Assembly (NCBI GenBank): GCA_963662275.1
Contig: OY759316.1
Location: forward strand, 2,048,001-2,112,000
DNA: 64,000 nt
Direction of reading: 5' to 3'
From: Candidatus Cloacimonadales bacterium
GTDB lineage: Bacteria > Cloacimonadota > Cloacimonadia > Cloacimonadales > DAONDQ01
The notes under the pieces were generated by a model. The model worked only from the letters and a program-made list of their open reading frames with translations. It did no database searches and had not been told where the DNA came from. Made by a program: the position numbers and the translations under genes. Shown one piece after another: positions 10,889-21,089 of the stretch. Within the stretch, counting starts at the first letter, position 1. Each line of letters begins with the position of its first letter.

Positions 10889-11546
10889 ACCAAAAAAACT
10901 CTTACTATGCTTCCTATTTCTTTTAATGATGCTATCGTTAAATGCACAAAACTCTTCAAGAGCAATTACGATACTGAAATCAGCTATTGTGCCAGGTTGG
11001 GGACAGCTCTCAATCCAGAAGCAACGCGGTTACGTTTTCCTGACGAATGAAATACTGCTAATTTCTGGTTTGTATTATTTTAATACGGAATCTGATGTAA
11101 AATTGAACAAAGCTTATGATATTGCTCTCTGTTCTGCTCATATTAATCCTGGTTCATATTCGGATGCCTATTTAATCACAATTGGAAAATACACTACTAA
11201 CGGTTTTGATGTAAATGGATATAATACAAATGTGCACGAACAGGCACTAGCTCTCTTTCCAGGTGATGAGCCATCACAAGCGACTTACTTTGACCAGAAT
11301 ATGATTCCGGATGCAAGAGGGTGGAATTGGGATTCAAATGACAAGCGTCAGGACTATCGAAAAGTCAGGAAAGAATCTCTTGATTTAAAAGATACAGCGA
11401 AAGTGATTACAGGAATGATTATCGCTAATCATCTCATCAATTTGATCGATGTTGCCCGTACGACAGCGCATAAGTCAAATATCCAAGTTGGCTTTACAGT
11501 TATGCCTGACATGACTCCACAACTACAATTCGCTTTGAAGTATTGA
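10866..11546 (+). CDS. Hypothetical DUF5683-like protein (paralogue 3)
   Basis: KSAIVPGWGQL and NHLINLIDV motifs; TTG start preceded by AAGGAG. Confidence 0.62.
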   Translation: MFIHFISKPKKLLLCFLFLLMMLSLNAQNSSRAITILKSAIVPGWGQLSIQKQRGYVFLTNEILLISGLYYFNTESDVKLNKAYDIALCSAHINPGSYSDAYLITIGKYTTNGFDVNGYNTNVHEQALALFPGDEPSQATYFDQNMIPDARGWNWDSNDKRQDYRKVRKESLDLKDTAKVITGMIIANHLINLIDVARTTAHKSNIQVGFTVMPDMTPQLQFALKY

Positions 11547-11548
11547 TC

Positions 11549-11576
11549 GAAGAGCAGGACTGCCGCCCTGCTCTTC
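11549..11576. terminator. Hairpin between convergent genes (possible bidirectional terminator)
   Basis: GAAGAGCAGG...CCTGCTCTTC 10-bp stem. Confidence 0.55.
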
Positions 11577-11681
11577 AATCTATACAATTTCTCCTTTTTC
11601 GAAATCATTCACGGAACTTCTTTTTCTTCATCAACCACCTCAAAAGGTAGCTATAACCACTTAATGCTCTAATAATCTCTC

Positions 11682-14600
11682 TTAATTCACCTGCACGCTA
11701 TTATCAAATTGATTCTTATCAACAAGTTTGATATAGGGATCAACGACTATTCTATCAGGTTTCTTAGTTGTAACGACTGTGAAGTGTTTTTTTCCTGATT
11801 CAATACGAACTACCTCTTGAAATAATGGAATAGCTTCATTCTTTTTGCCCTTTTCATTCTTTGCATACACCATGACATCAACAGGATCATTCATTTTAGT
11901 TTTTGAATATACTCCTTCTCCGTTATCATACATCTTAGCCGTTTCCACATCAAAATCAACTTTGTAGGTTTTGTCTTTTTTATCAGGCTTAGTATATTTC
12001 ATATGAGTCACTTTGTTGTCATAGAGTGTTACTTTCTTAAACCAATCATCAATCAGATATTTCAAGGAATCAGGTGTTTCCTTATCCAGGTAGGAAAGGA
12101 ATTCCAATGTGTTAGGATAGGGTCTGGAAGTATATTTTGTGGCATTCAGAAATTCTGAAAGAGCTTTATTCATATTCCGATCACCTATTCTGTCCGCCAT
12201 AGCTGACATGATGATAGGGGATTTTGCATAATAGATATACTGTTGGTCTTCAACCAGGTACAGAGGCTTTTCAGATCGGCTTTCATTGTGTCTGCTTGTA
12301 ATATATGTATTCAAGTCATTTTTTAGAAGTTTGGCAATGTTGTCCTTATTATACTTCATCTGTGACACTTTCAATGCAGAGTATTCTGCGAAAGTTTCGC
12401 TCAGCATCTGTGCCCCCTGCACAGCACCGGCTACAACCTGATGTGCCCACCATTGGTGAGCTGTTTCATGGGCGGTGACGTTATAAGGATAATCAACATC
12501 GCCTTTGCTTGCCTTCACATTGGCAATAAACCCGATGGATTCGGAAAAAGGAATTGTCGTGGGGAAGGACTGAGCATAAGTTGCCCAACGTGGAAATTCT
12601 ACAATACGCAGCACACGATGGGGGTAACTTCCGAAGTTCTCAGAATAGTAGGTGAGAGCGTTTTTCATTCCTTCCATCATACGATCCAGGTTGTATGGAT
12701 GTTCTTTATCGTAGTATATCTCCAGGCTCACTTTTTGGTTGGGATCGATCTTACTTTGCCATGTTGACTTTTTAACTTCTAGTTCAGCAGAAAGGAATGC
12801 AACAAAATTCAAGATTGGTTTATCCATTTTGTATTGAAAATACCGTCTCCCGTTTTTAGACCATTCTTTTACTAGGTAACCGGGAGAAATTGCTGTTTGA
12901 GAAGGGGAAGTGCTCATGACAACATCGAAATTAATCCAGTCTGAATCTTTGGACAAGAAAGTATTCATCCTAGCTTTGAGATCATCAACTTTCGCCATTT
13001 TTTCTTTTGGAGGTAAGCCCATTTTTTTTCGTTTATCAGGACTTGTTAATTCGCCACCTGCATCATAGACAAATCCAGGTACAAAATTCATGTTGTTGGT
13101 AAATGTCCCATTCTTCTCTACCGTAGAACTGCCATAACCCTTTGGTTTGGATATTGTTTTGAATTCTACCGCAAAGCTTTGACCAGGCATCAGCGGTTGC
13201 TTAAAGTGGTACGTCCTAATTCCATTATCCTCATCTACGCTTCTTGTGACGACATCTCTGCTAAAAGCAAGCTTCTTCAAATCCATATCTTCGTTATAGG
13301 TAACAAACATGGAATCAATTGGAACCGTATCTTTATTCTTCAGTAATAACCTACCGCTGAAAACACCTAAACGTTTCTCAGGATAAAAGTCGATTTTCAG
13401 ACTTACATCGGTGATCCTGGGACATGGAATTCCATCCCATTTCTTATACTTTTTTTCCACATCTGAACGGAGTTTCGTCCAAGTTTTACTAAGATGGAAA
13501 GTATTTATGATACTTACATTAATGAAGACAGTAGATGCTGTAACCAAATACACTACAGCAAACCCAATAACAACGGTTCTTACATTGAATTTCCATCTTT
13601 GACGGGCTAACGCAATTCTTTCTTTCAAATTGTTATTTCTGCCTCTCACATAAAAAAGCGCAGCAAGCGTGAACCCCAGTCCGACAGCAGCAGTCCAAAG
13701 GAGTGTACTGATGAAGCTCTCCATGAAAGTACCGTTCCATCCAGACATATCTGAATAACGCCTGGGAATACCGTAACCATAATTGAAAAGGGGATGTTCC
13801 AAACCAATATACAAGACAGAATTGTATAACATAACATAGCCGAGGAATACAAAGTGTGAAACATATTTGTTATTTACCAGGATATGAATGGAAAAAGCGA
13901 TGGCTGTGAAGCGCAGGTACGACATAAACTGGTATACGAATGTAACTAAATATACATCTGGTTTGATATTAGTGAACCCATTGAATAACTGATATCCGAT
14001 TCCCACAAGCATTGCGCAGATGATAATCAGCATTTCGATACTTAAAAGAGCAAAGAATTTGGAAAATAAGAACACCCAGCTTTTCGCTGGTGTACTATCC
14101 ATGATCAAGTCCATCTGGAAAGTTCGGCTCTTCCATAATAATTCACCGGTAAACAGAGTAATAATTACAAAAAGCAGAGTCGCTATCCCCACAACTATGC
14201 CGTCCAGTACTTGGTATGTGACAGGCAAAGTATTTGTTTCATAAATTTGCCCGTTTGAATATACAGTAAAACCAACTACAACAAGCCCCATCGCTAATAA
14301 GAGCCAGAAGTAAAACCGGGATGTGATGTTCTTTAATTCCATGACGGTTAGATAATAGAACTGCTGAAAGGATTGTTTAAAAGAGAAATCCTTTCTCACT
14401 TTGGCAATATCACCTGTATAAGGAATATATGGTGCCGATTCAGTTTTTTGCTTTGCTGTTTTTTCATGAGATTCAGGATATGCAAAACTGGTTTTTAGAT
14501 AGGATGCCCAAAATAGTACAAATCCTACTCCGAGCCATAGCAAACGATTAAGAATTAATACTGGTGTTAAAGGCAATAGCTTAGTATTCATTTCAGCCAT

Positions 14601-15290
14601 TGTCATTAAATTTGTGATAAATGAAGTCGTGTACATTGCTGAAGGGTCTAAAACCGCAATCAATTTTTTGATACTTATTTGTTCAGACAGAGAACCAAGT
14701 ACGATATATATCACAAGAAGCACTATTGCACTGATGTACACTGAGACTTGCTTCTTGGTCAAAGTCGCAACAGCGAAAAATATCCCGCATGAAAATATCA
14801 TGTTTGGAATCACAAGAATCAGATAGGGCCAAGCATAGGCTGCAAAAGAATTAGATCCAAAATAACTCTTATCCAGCCAGGGTAATAGGGAAGAAACAAA
14901 AATGCCGAGACCTACGGAAAGTAATATCAACGTAAGTACAGCAGTATTTCCAATAAAACGTCCAACAAGATAGCTGAATTTGCTGAATGGTTTAGTGTAG
15001 ATAATCTGAATCATGTTATTTTCATAATCTCTACTGATTGCATTACCGGCAAAAGCAGCACAGATAAAAATAGCGATCATCTGAAAGCCGAGTATCACAT
15101 TCTGGATAAAGAAAGGTGAGTTTAATAGAAGTTTCTCACTCCCTTCAATATTGACTTTCATCCCTGTGAATGCACCTGCTGAAATGACTACGATCAATAT
15201 TGAAAATAGGAAGAATATAGCCATATACACATAGGTTGACAACTTATGCAGACGGTATTTTAACTCAAAAGACAGCATTTCCCAAAACAT
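11682..15290 (-). CDS. Double ABC-2 permease fused to an M1-family aminopeptidase domain
   Basis: Two multi-TM permease repeats, then EFPRWATYAQSFP and HETAHQWW...SE zinc motif. Confidence 0.85.
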   Translation of the reverse strand: MFWEMLSFELKYRLHKLSTYVYMAIFFLFSILIVVISAGAFTGMKVNIEGSEKLLLNSPFFIQNVILGFQMIAIFICAAFAGNAISRDYENNMIQIIYTKPFSKFSYLVGRFIGNTAVLTLILLSVGLGIFVSSLLPWLDKSYFGSNSFAAYAWPYLILVIPNMIFSCGIFFAVATLTKKQVSVYISAIVLLVIYIVLGSLSEQISIKKLIAVLDPSAMYTTSFITNLMTMAEMNTKLLPLTPVLILNRLLWLGVGFVLFWASYLKTSFAYPESHEKTAKQKTESAPYIPYTGDIAKVRKDFSFKQSFQQFYYLTVMELKNITSRFYFWLLLAMGLVVVGFTVYSNGQIYETNTLPVTYQVLDGIVVGIATLLFVIITLFTGELLWKSRTFQMDLIMDSTPAKSWVFLFSKFFALLSIEMLIIICAMLVGIGYQLFNGFTNIKPDVYLVTFVYQFMSYLRFTAIAFSIHILVNNKYVSHFVFLGYVMLYNSVLYIGLEHPLFNYGYGIPRRYSDMSGWNGTFMESFISTLLWTAAVGLGFTLAALFYVRGRNNNLKERIALARQRWKFNVRTVVIGFAVVYLVTASTVFINVSIINTFHLSKTWTKLRSDVEKKYKKWDGIPCPRITDVSLKIDFYPEKRLGVFSGRLLLKNKDTVPIDSMFVTYNEDMDLKKLAFSRDVVTRSVDEDNGIRTYHFKQPLMPGQSFAVEFKTISKPKGYGSSTVEKNGTFTNNMNFVPGFVYDAGGELTSPDKRKKMGLPPKEKMAKVDDLKARMNTFLSKDSDWINFDVVMSTSPSQTAISPGYLVKEWSKNGRRYFQYKMDKPILNFVAFLSAELEVKKSTWQSKIDPNQKVSLEIYYDKEHPYNLDRMMEGMKNALTYYSENFGSYPHRVLRIVEFPRWATYAQSFPTTIPFSESIGFIANVKASKGDVDYPYNVTAHETAHQWWAHQVVAGAVQGAQMLSETFAEYSALKVSQMKYNKDNIAKLLKNDLNTYITSRHNESRSEKPLYLVEDQQYIYYAKSPIIMSAMADRIGDRNMNKALSEFLNATKYTSRPYPNTLEFLSYLDKETPDSLKYLIDDWFKKVTLYDNKVTHMKYTKPDKKDKTYKVDFDVETAKMYDNGEGVYSKTKMNDPVDVMVYAKNEKGKKNEAIPLFQEVVRIESGKKHFTVVTTKKPDRIVVDPYIKLVDKNQFDNSVQVN

Positions 15291-15303
15291 CAGATCCCCC
15301 TAT

Positions 15304-16185
15304 TTAAATGATTTCGCCAGCAGGGATAGTGCTGAAGTAAACATCAGATAAATCAGGGTCTTTGGGGTTGAATGTTGGATCCGGTAATTCAGGGCTTTGC
15401 ACTGTGATTTGCACTTGTCCGGAGTGCAGTCTGGAATTAATAACCTTGAATTTATCCTGATATTCCTGTATATTAGTCTTGTTCACAAGCTTTTTCCATA
15501 GCTGCCCTTGTAATGCATGGATTGAATCCAATGGATTCGCTTCAATGACAACTGTCCCTTTATGAATAATGGCAAATTCTGAACATAATTCACTTACATC
15601 GTCAACAATATGGGTGGAAAGAATAACGACTCGGTGCTCTCCCAGTTCGGAGAGAATATTATAAAAGTGATTCCTTTCTTTTGGATCAAGCCCCGCAGTT
15701 GGCTCATCAACAATGAGTAAATCCGGTTCCCCCAATAAAGCTTGTGCTATCCCAAAGCGTTGTTTCATACCACCCGAAAATCCCCCCAATTGCTTTTTCC
15801 GACAGTCAAAGAGATTCACTTCTTGCAGGTAGTGATCTACGATTTGCTTTCTTTCTTTAACATTGGAAATACCTTTTAGCCTTGCAAAGTGACTGAGCAT
15901 ATCAGATGCTGAAACGTTAGGTAGAAAATCGAAGTTCTGTGGAAGAAAACCTAATCTTTTGCGAATGGAAGTTTTGTCTTTTTTTATATCAATACCATCG
16001 AAAGTAATATTGCCACTATCAGCTTCCTGGAGAGTTGCAATAGTTCTCATCAAAGTCGATTTTCCAGCACCATTTGGTCCGAGTAAACCAAACATTCCTT
16101 CGCAGATGGATAAGTTAATTGATTTCAGTGCTTGAACACCGTTGCTGTAAGTTTTGGATAAATTGCTGATGATTAGCTCTTTCAT
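15304..16185 (-). CDS. ABC transporter ATP-binding protein
   Basis: GPNGAGKS, FSGGMKQR, VDEPT, STH; start placed at ATG 16185 after AGGAGG. Confidence 0.93.
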   Translation of the reverse strand: MKELIISNLSKTYSNGVQALKSINLSICEGMFGLLGPNGAGKSTLMRTIATLQEADSGNITFDGIDIKKDKTSIRKRLGFLPQNFDFLPNVSASDMLSHFARLKGISNVKERKQIVDHYLQEVNLFDCRKKQLGGFSGGMKQRFGIAQALLGEPDLLIVDEPTAGLDPKERNHFYNILSELGEHRVVILSTHIVDDVSELCSEFAIIHKGTVVIEANPLDSIHALQGQLWKKLVNKTNIQEYQDKFKVINSRLHSGQVQITVQSPELPDPTFNPKDPDLSDVYFSTIPAGEII

Positions 16186-16480
16186 TATTCCTCCTATTTT
16201 CATTTCTTGGAAAAATAGGATATTAATCCTAGCAAAAATTTAATCTTGATTTTGAAGTTAAGAAAAGATCAAGATTTGAATTGAGCAGTCAATAAAAAAA
16301 TATTGTTTTTTTACTAAGCACTTACCAAAGCATTTATATGAAAAAAAACTTGACCAAAATTACACTTATATATGACACTTTTTTAACTGTAATTGAATAC
16401 ATTCAGATACTCCGGATTTTATAGTAGGGTACTTTCACAATTAGATTTTCATGAATAGGTTAGTTGCTAAAAAAGGATAA

Positions 16481-18730
16481 ATGATGGATTCAAAACATAA
16501 TGAGAAAATGCTTTATGAGATGCAGCACAATTCTGTTAACGAACCACAACAATTCATTAATACAGTAAATTCGGCAATTAAAAACACTCAATCACATGCA
16601 TTCTATATGCAACAGTTTTTTCTAGCTAAAGCCATGCTGGTTTTAGGAAAAATCAAACCCGCTTTAGAACTGCTACATAGCATGAAGCCTGAATTAGAAA
16701 AAAAACGAGATTATTTTTGTTTAGGTAAATACTATATTACCTTATACAATATACAATTTCTTATGGGCTGGGATTCCAGACTATATACAGAATATTACAA
16801 TCTAGCTGAGCAATATGTAAAACAAAGCAATAGCAAAGCTCTTCAGTGCGAATTGAAAATACTAAACACACTGATAGCGGGAACGGATAAAACTCTTGAG
16901 ATGAAAGAAGAATTGTTGCAGGAAGCCATGCAGGATGCAATAGAAGCCAATATCCTGGATTTGAAACTGGAAGTTTATCTTGCCTATAGTCCGCTATATT
17001 TAGTCACTAACATGCCTGAACATGCTTCCCGTGAATTGATGCTGCTAGTTGATATGGTTCCTAAAGAACAAAACCCATTTTTATATACACAAATTTACAA
17101 CTACTTGGGTGTTATCCAGATGATGTTACAAGAATTTGTAAAATCAGAAAAGTATCTTTTACAGGGCATCACCATAGCAAAAGAGAAGGGATACAAACAG
17201 CAATTAGTAGCATTAATGTTGAACATGGGTTTGAACTATGTAGCCAACGGTAAGATTGAGGAGGGGATAAGTATATACCAGGAATGCATGCAGATTGTCA
17301 AAGACTGCGGGATGGAAAATTCTGTAAATGCAAACAAAGTACAAGACAATCTGGCAAATGCTTTAGGCAGAATGGACAGACTTGATGAAGCTATTGATAT
17401 ACTCAGATCTTCGTTAAATAGCAGTGTGATTTCTAACAACAAACTAAGGGAAAATATCCTGAACGTTAATCTTGCCAATATCCTGATCGAAAAGGAAGCT
17501 TTTGCAGAAGCTGAGCAACTACTTGACACTGCTATAAATTATTTTACCGAGGAAAAGAACCAGTTGTATCTAGCAGTTGCCTATCGTTGTAAGGCAAGGT
17601 TGCTAGAGGCAATGGAAAGCTACAAAGATGCTTTTGAAATTATGGAGCTGTTGGATAGAACCAACCAAAAGTATTTTTATGAAAATGTCAACAAGCATAC
17701 ATCGCAGTATCAGTTGCGGATCGATAAATTGCGAAGCGAATATTTGCTGATGAAAAGTCAATGTGCAGAGAATTTTGAATTTCATAACCTGAGCCTGAAT
17801 ACAGATCTGATCGGTGAACATCCTTCTTTGAAAAAAGCACTTAAAGATGCTTTTATGGCGGCAAAGTACTCATTTGCGAATGTTTTTATCACTGGTGAAT
17901 CAGGTACAGGCAAGGAAGTAATAGCTCAGATAATTCATAATGAAAGCAAGACAGGAAAACCACTAGTGGCAATAAACGCTTCGGCAATATCGCCTAATTT
18001 GATTGAGAGTGAGTTATTCGGTCATAAAAAAGGTGCCTATACAGGGGCAATGGAAGACAGAAAAGGAAAATTTTTACTGGCGGATAAAGGAACCCTATTT
18101 TTGGACGAGATATCAGAGATGCCGGTGGAATGCCAGGTAAAGTTGCTTCGAGCAATCGAGACACATACCATCCAGCCCGTTGGCAGCGATAAAGATATCC
18201 TTGTGAACTGCCGGATCATCAGTACTTCAAACTGCGAAATGGGGAGCTTAATCCGAAATAATAAATTTAGATTGGATTTGTATCACAGGCTGAACAAGAT
18301 AGAAATACATCTTATTCCATTGAGGGAAAGAATATCTGACTTGGAAGTGCTTATAGAGCACTTTGTTAAGCGTTTCTCCAAAGAATTACGTATTCCTGTC
18401 CCAATAATTAGCGAAGGTTTTTATCAGCGGTTAAGAGAATACAGCTTTCCGGGAAATATCAGAGAATTGATGAATATTGTGGAACGTATTTATATTCTTA
18501 AACCCGCACCAGTGTGGAAAGCTGATCAATTGGATGGTTTGATTAAAGATAAAACCAAAGTAGAATTCACTGATTTAAACATTTCGCACAATCTGAAGCA
18601 GGCAGAATATCAGATTATAATCGAGGCACTGGAGAAGACCGGATGGGTACAGAAGGAAACTGCCAAATTGCTAGCTATGCCAGAGAGTACTCTCAGCAGG
18701 AAAATTAAGTCTCATGGCATCAAACAGTAA
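16481..18730 (+). CDS. TPR-domain sigma-54-dependent enhancer-binding regulator with C-terminal Fis-type HTH
   Basis: GESGTGKE, ESELFGH, GAYTGA, FLDEI, RLDLYHRL, PGNIREL motifs; N-terminal TPR-like repeats. Confidence 0.9.
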   Translation: MMDSKHNEKMLYEMQHNSVNEPQQFINTVNSAIKNTQSHAFYMQQFFLAKAMLVLGKIKPALELLHSMKPELEKKRDYFCLGKYYITLYNIQFLMGWDSRLYTEYYNLAEQYVKQSNSKALQCELKILNTLIAGTDKTLEMKEELLQEAMQDAIEANILDLKLEVYLAYSPLYLVTNMPEHASRELMLLVDMVPKEQNPFLYTQIYNYLGVIQMMLQEFVKSEKYLLQGITIAKEKGYKQQLVALMLNMGLNYVANGKIEEGISIYQECMQIVKDCGMENSVNANKVQDNLANALGRMDRLDEAIDILRSSLNSSVISNNKLRENILNVNLANILIEKEAFAEAEQLLDTAINYFTEEKNQLYLAVAYRCKARLLEAMESYKDAFEIMELLDRTNQKYFYENVNKHTSQYQLRIDKLRSEYLLMKSQCAENFEFHNLSLNTDLIGEHPSLKKALKDAFMAAKYSFANVFITGESGTGKEVIAQIIHNESKTGKPLVAINASAISPNLIESELFGHKKGAYTGAMEDRKGKFLLADKGTLFLDEISEMPVECQVKLLRAIETHTIQPVGSDKDILVNCRIISTSNCEMGSLIRNNKFRLDLYHRLNKIEIHLIPLRERISDLEVLIEHFVKRFSKELRIPVPIISEGFYQRLREYSFPGNIRELMNIVERIYILKPAPVWKADQLDGLIKDKTKVEFTDLNISHNLKQAEYQIIIEALEKTGWVQKETAKLLAMPESTLSRKIKSHGIKQ

Positions 18731-18970
18731 TCTGATAAACCTAGATATTTCATTATTGGAATTTCATTATTGCAGTTCCACCTATTTTTCAAATGATATC
18801 TACACGGGATTAGCGTTGCAAAATCTTCATATCTACACCGTTTGCATTAAGTTACAAATGCAATTCAGCAATTAAGTTCGGATTTGATTTCAAAGCGGGT
18901 GAGACTGCAGCGTTAACGATCTATCCGAATATGCTATTAGAGAATCGAAATTTGGAGAAAAAACGAGAAT

Positions 18971-20251
18971 ATGGTGATTCAGATGAAAAACACTTTTACT
19001 CCCCAGTTTAAGCAAACAGCCCCAGACAGGTTGGAAATGAAAAAAGGTGGTGGCTGTATCGGCTGCTTTGGCGTTCCGTTCTTTATTGCCGGTTTATTCA
19101 TCCTTTTAATTGGTTTAAAGATTATACCTGTTTCTAATGCTAATGAAGTTCCCTGGTGGTCTTGGCTCGTGTTTGTATTCATGGGACTGGCTTTCACTAG
19201 TGTGGGAAGTGGTATGGTTTTTGGTCGCAACTGGATTACTTTGGATATGACAAGACGGCGAATCTGGGTCGCTTGGGGACTTCTCAAACCAATGCGGGGG
19301 CAGGAATATAACCTGGATGACTATGAAGAAATTACACTAAAATTTATAGCAGGTGATTCAGATACAGCAGATAGCTATCCAGTTTCTCTGAAAGATGTTA
19401 GTGGCAACAATGAGCTTGCCATTTTTAGTACAGGAAATTATGGAACATCCTTTGAACAGGCTACGTTACTTTCTAATTTCATTAATCTGCCTTTGAAAGA
19501 CTTAACTACTGATCATCCAATTACAGTCAAAACAGAAGAAACAAGCATAGATCAAGATACAATATTAACTGACATTGAAAGTGATATTCCTTCCCAGCCA
19601 TTTACTATGAAGTGTGACGTTCAAAAAGGAGAGAATTATGTAAAAATCAGGATACCCGGTCCAGCATTTTCATCATTCAGTTTAATTGGATTGCTCATTC
19701 CCATAGGTTTCTTTATCTTTTTTGGCTATCCTATTCTGTCCTTTTTTGAGAGTACTCACACACCTCATTATGTTCAATATTTTTTCATCGGATTCGTTTG
19801 TATCTTCTTTTTTCTATTTCCCTTTCTCAATCTCATTAAGTCATACATACTATCAAAAAGTTTCACGATGATAGTAACTGCTGATACACAAGGCATCTGT
19901 ATAGAGCAGCTTGGGCTAATACATAAAAAACCAGTGAATCTTACTCCAGATCAGATTATTGGTTTGGATTATGGAACGAGGGAATCTATTCAATCTCTTA
20001 CCTTGAGGAATATCCAATCATCTGACCACAGTAATAATATGAATAGGGGAGGAGTGTCATCTCCTGCGAAAGGATTATCGCCATGGATTACGTGGTTGGG
20101 AAAGTACTCTTATTCTAAAGGTATAATAATAAAAAGTACAAATGGGATGTATTCTTTCGGAGCAGGCTTACCAGATGATGAGATCTATTACCTATATATT
20201 CTAATAAAACAGAATTGCAACTGTAAATCAAAATCAACCAATAAAGAATAG
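18971..20251 (+). CDS. Hypothetical membrane protein (two similar TM-hairpin + soluble modules)
   Basis: 426-aa ORF with four predicted TM helices. Confidence 0.7.
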   Translation: MVIQMKNTFTPQFKQTAPDRLEMKKGGGCIGCFGVPFFIAGLFILLIGLKIIPVSNANEVPWWSWLVFVFMGLAFTSVGSGMVFGRNWITLDMTRRRIWVAWGLLKPMRGQEYNLDDYEEITLKFIAGDSDTADSYPVSLKDVSGNNELAIFSTGNYGTSFEQATLLSNFINLPLKDLTTDHPITVKTEETSIDQDTILTDIESDIPSQPFTMKCDVQKGENYVKIRIPGPAFSSFSLIGLLIPIGFFIFFGYPILSFFESTHTPHYVQYFFIGFVCIFFFLFPFLNLIKSYILSKSFTMIVTADTQGICIEQLGLIHKKPVNLTPDQIIGLDYGTRESIQSLTLRNIQSSDHSNNMNRGGVSSPAKGLSPWITWLGKYSYSKGIIIKSTNGMYSFGAGLPDDEIYYLYILIKQNCNCKSKSTNKE

Positions 20252-20342
20252 CCCAGGAAAAATTCCTATAAGTCTCATGGAAGACAAAGAAAACAGAAAA
20301 AAAACAAAAACTAAAGAAAACCTGAGGAAAATCTAAAAAAGT

Positions 20343-20430
20343 CTAGATGATCCCTAGATGATGCCTAGATGATCCCTAGATGAACCCCAGCTCAAAAAGA
20401 AAGTGCGAAGTACGAAGTTCGAAGTACGAA
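20343..20430 (+). repeat. Tandem 11-mer (CTAGATGATCC-like x4) and heptamer (AAGTACG-like x4) arrays
   Basis: Read directly at 20343-20386 and 20401-20428. Confidence 0.85.
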
Positions 20431-20659
20431 ATTACAGTGTTGTGGAGTAAGATGCCGATCTTACTGAATCTGCTCTTCATCCCCCATTGGGAAGGGGGGG
20501 CGGGGTAGCAGATAGTCTTATCTGTTTTGTGAGAGTGTCGTCCCGACCTCGAAAACTTCTGGCAGGATCGGCGTTCTGTTCTACAACCGCGTAAATGCGG
20601 AGCTACTCATCAGCAGGATCTACATCATACTCTACAATCTGTTGGACTTTACATGAAAG

Positions 20660-20778
20660 CTAAGAGTTTGGAGTTCAAATTTCCATCGAATCTATTACGA
20701 CTTCTCAAGTAGTAGGAAATTCGGACTTCAAAATCGACATTTTCATTCTCGGTAGCGAAAATCCTTTTCAGGGAAGTT
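20660..20778. repeat. Dispersed structured repeat, copy 1 (copy 2 at 42706-42825)
   Basis: CTAAGAGTTTGGAGTTCAAAT...TTCGGACTTCAAA...TTTCAT(T/C)CTCGG shared between copies. Confidence 0.8.
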
Positions 20779-20816
20779 CGAAATGCGGCAATGAAGCTGA
20801 CAAATGAAATATGAAA

Positions 20817-20887
20817 AGTAGGGGTTTGCGGTAGTAAACCCTTGTGCATGTGAATATGTGATGGGTTTACTACCGCAAACCCCTACT
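20817..20887. repeat. Perfect 25-bp inverted repeat, GTAG-type REP doublet (REPIN-like)
   Basis: AGTAGGGGTTTGCGGTAGTAAACCC-21 nt-GGGTTTACTACCGCAAACCCCTACT. Confidence 0.85.
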
Positions 20888-20888
20888 C

Positions 20889-21001
20889 TGTATCATAACT
20901 TTGAAAGTTGTTGTGGGGTTGGGTTTGAAACCCTACAACTCTTCAAGAGACCCCGAGGTTATAAACCATCGGGGAAAACAAGTTACAAACTTATGCAACA
21001 A
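20889..21001 (+). repeat. ~115-bp dispersed repeat family B, copy 1 (others: 28650-28768 and split copy 61434-61457 + 63903-64000)
   Basis: Shared TGTATCATA...CAACTC...AGAC...GTTA(C/T)AAAC...AACAAG...CTTATGCAACAA. Confidence 0.78.
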
Positions 21002-21089
21002 CCCAACTTCTTAAAATATTCCTTGCCATGATAAATGTAATTTACAAATTATAGATGATTAGATTAGGAATGAAAAGGAATGGCAGGAT

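Noticed and set aside
20281..21060. Possible CRISPR array in the repeat-rich intergenic region
   Set aside because: No constant repeat with unique equal-length spacers, and no cas genes in the window.
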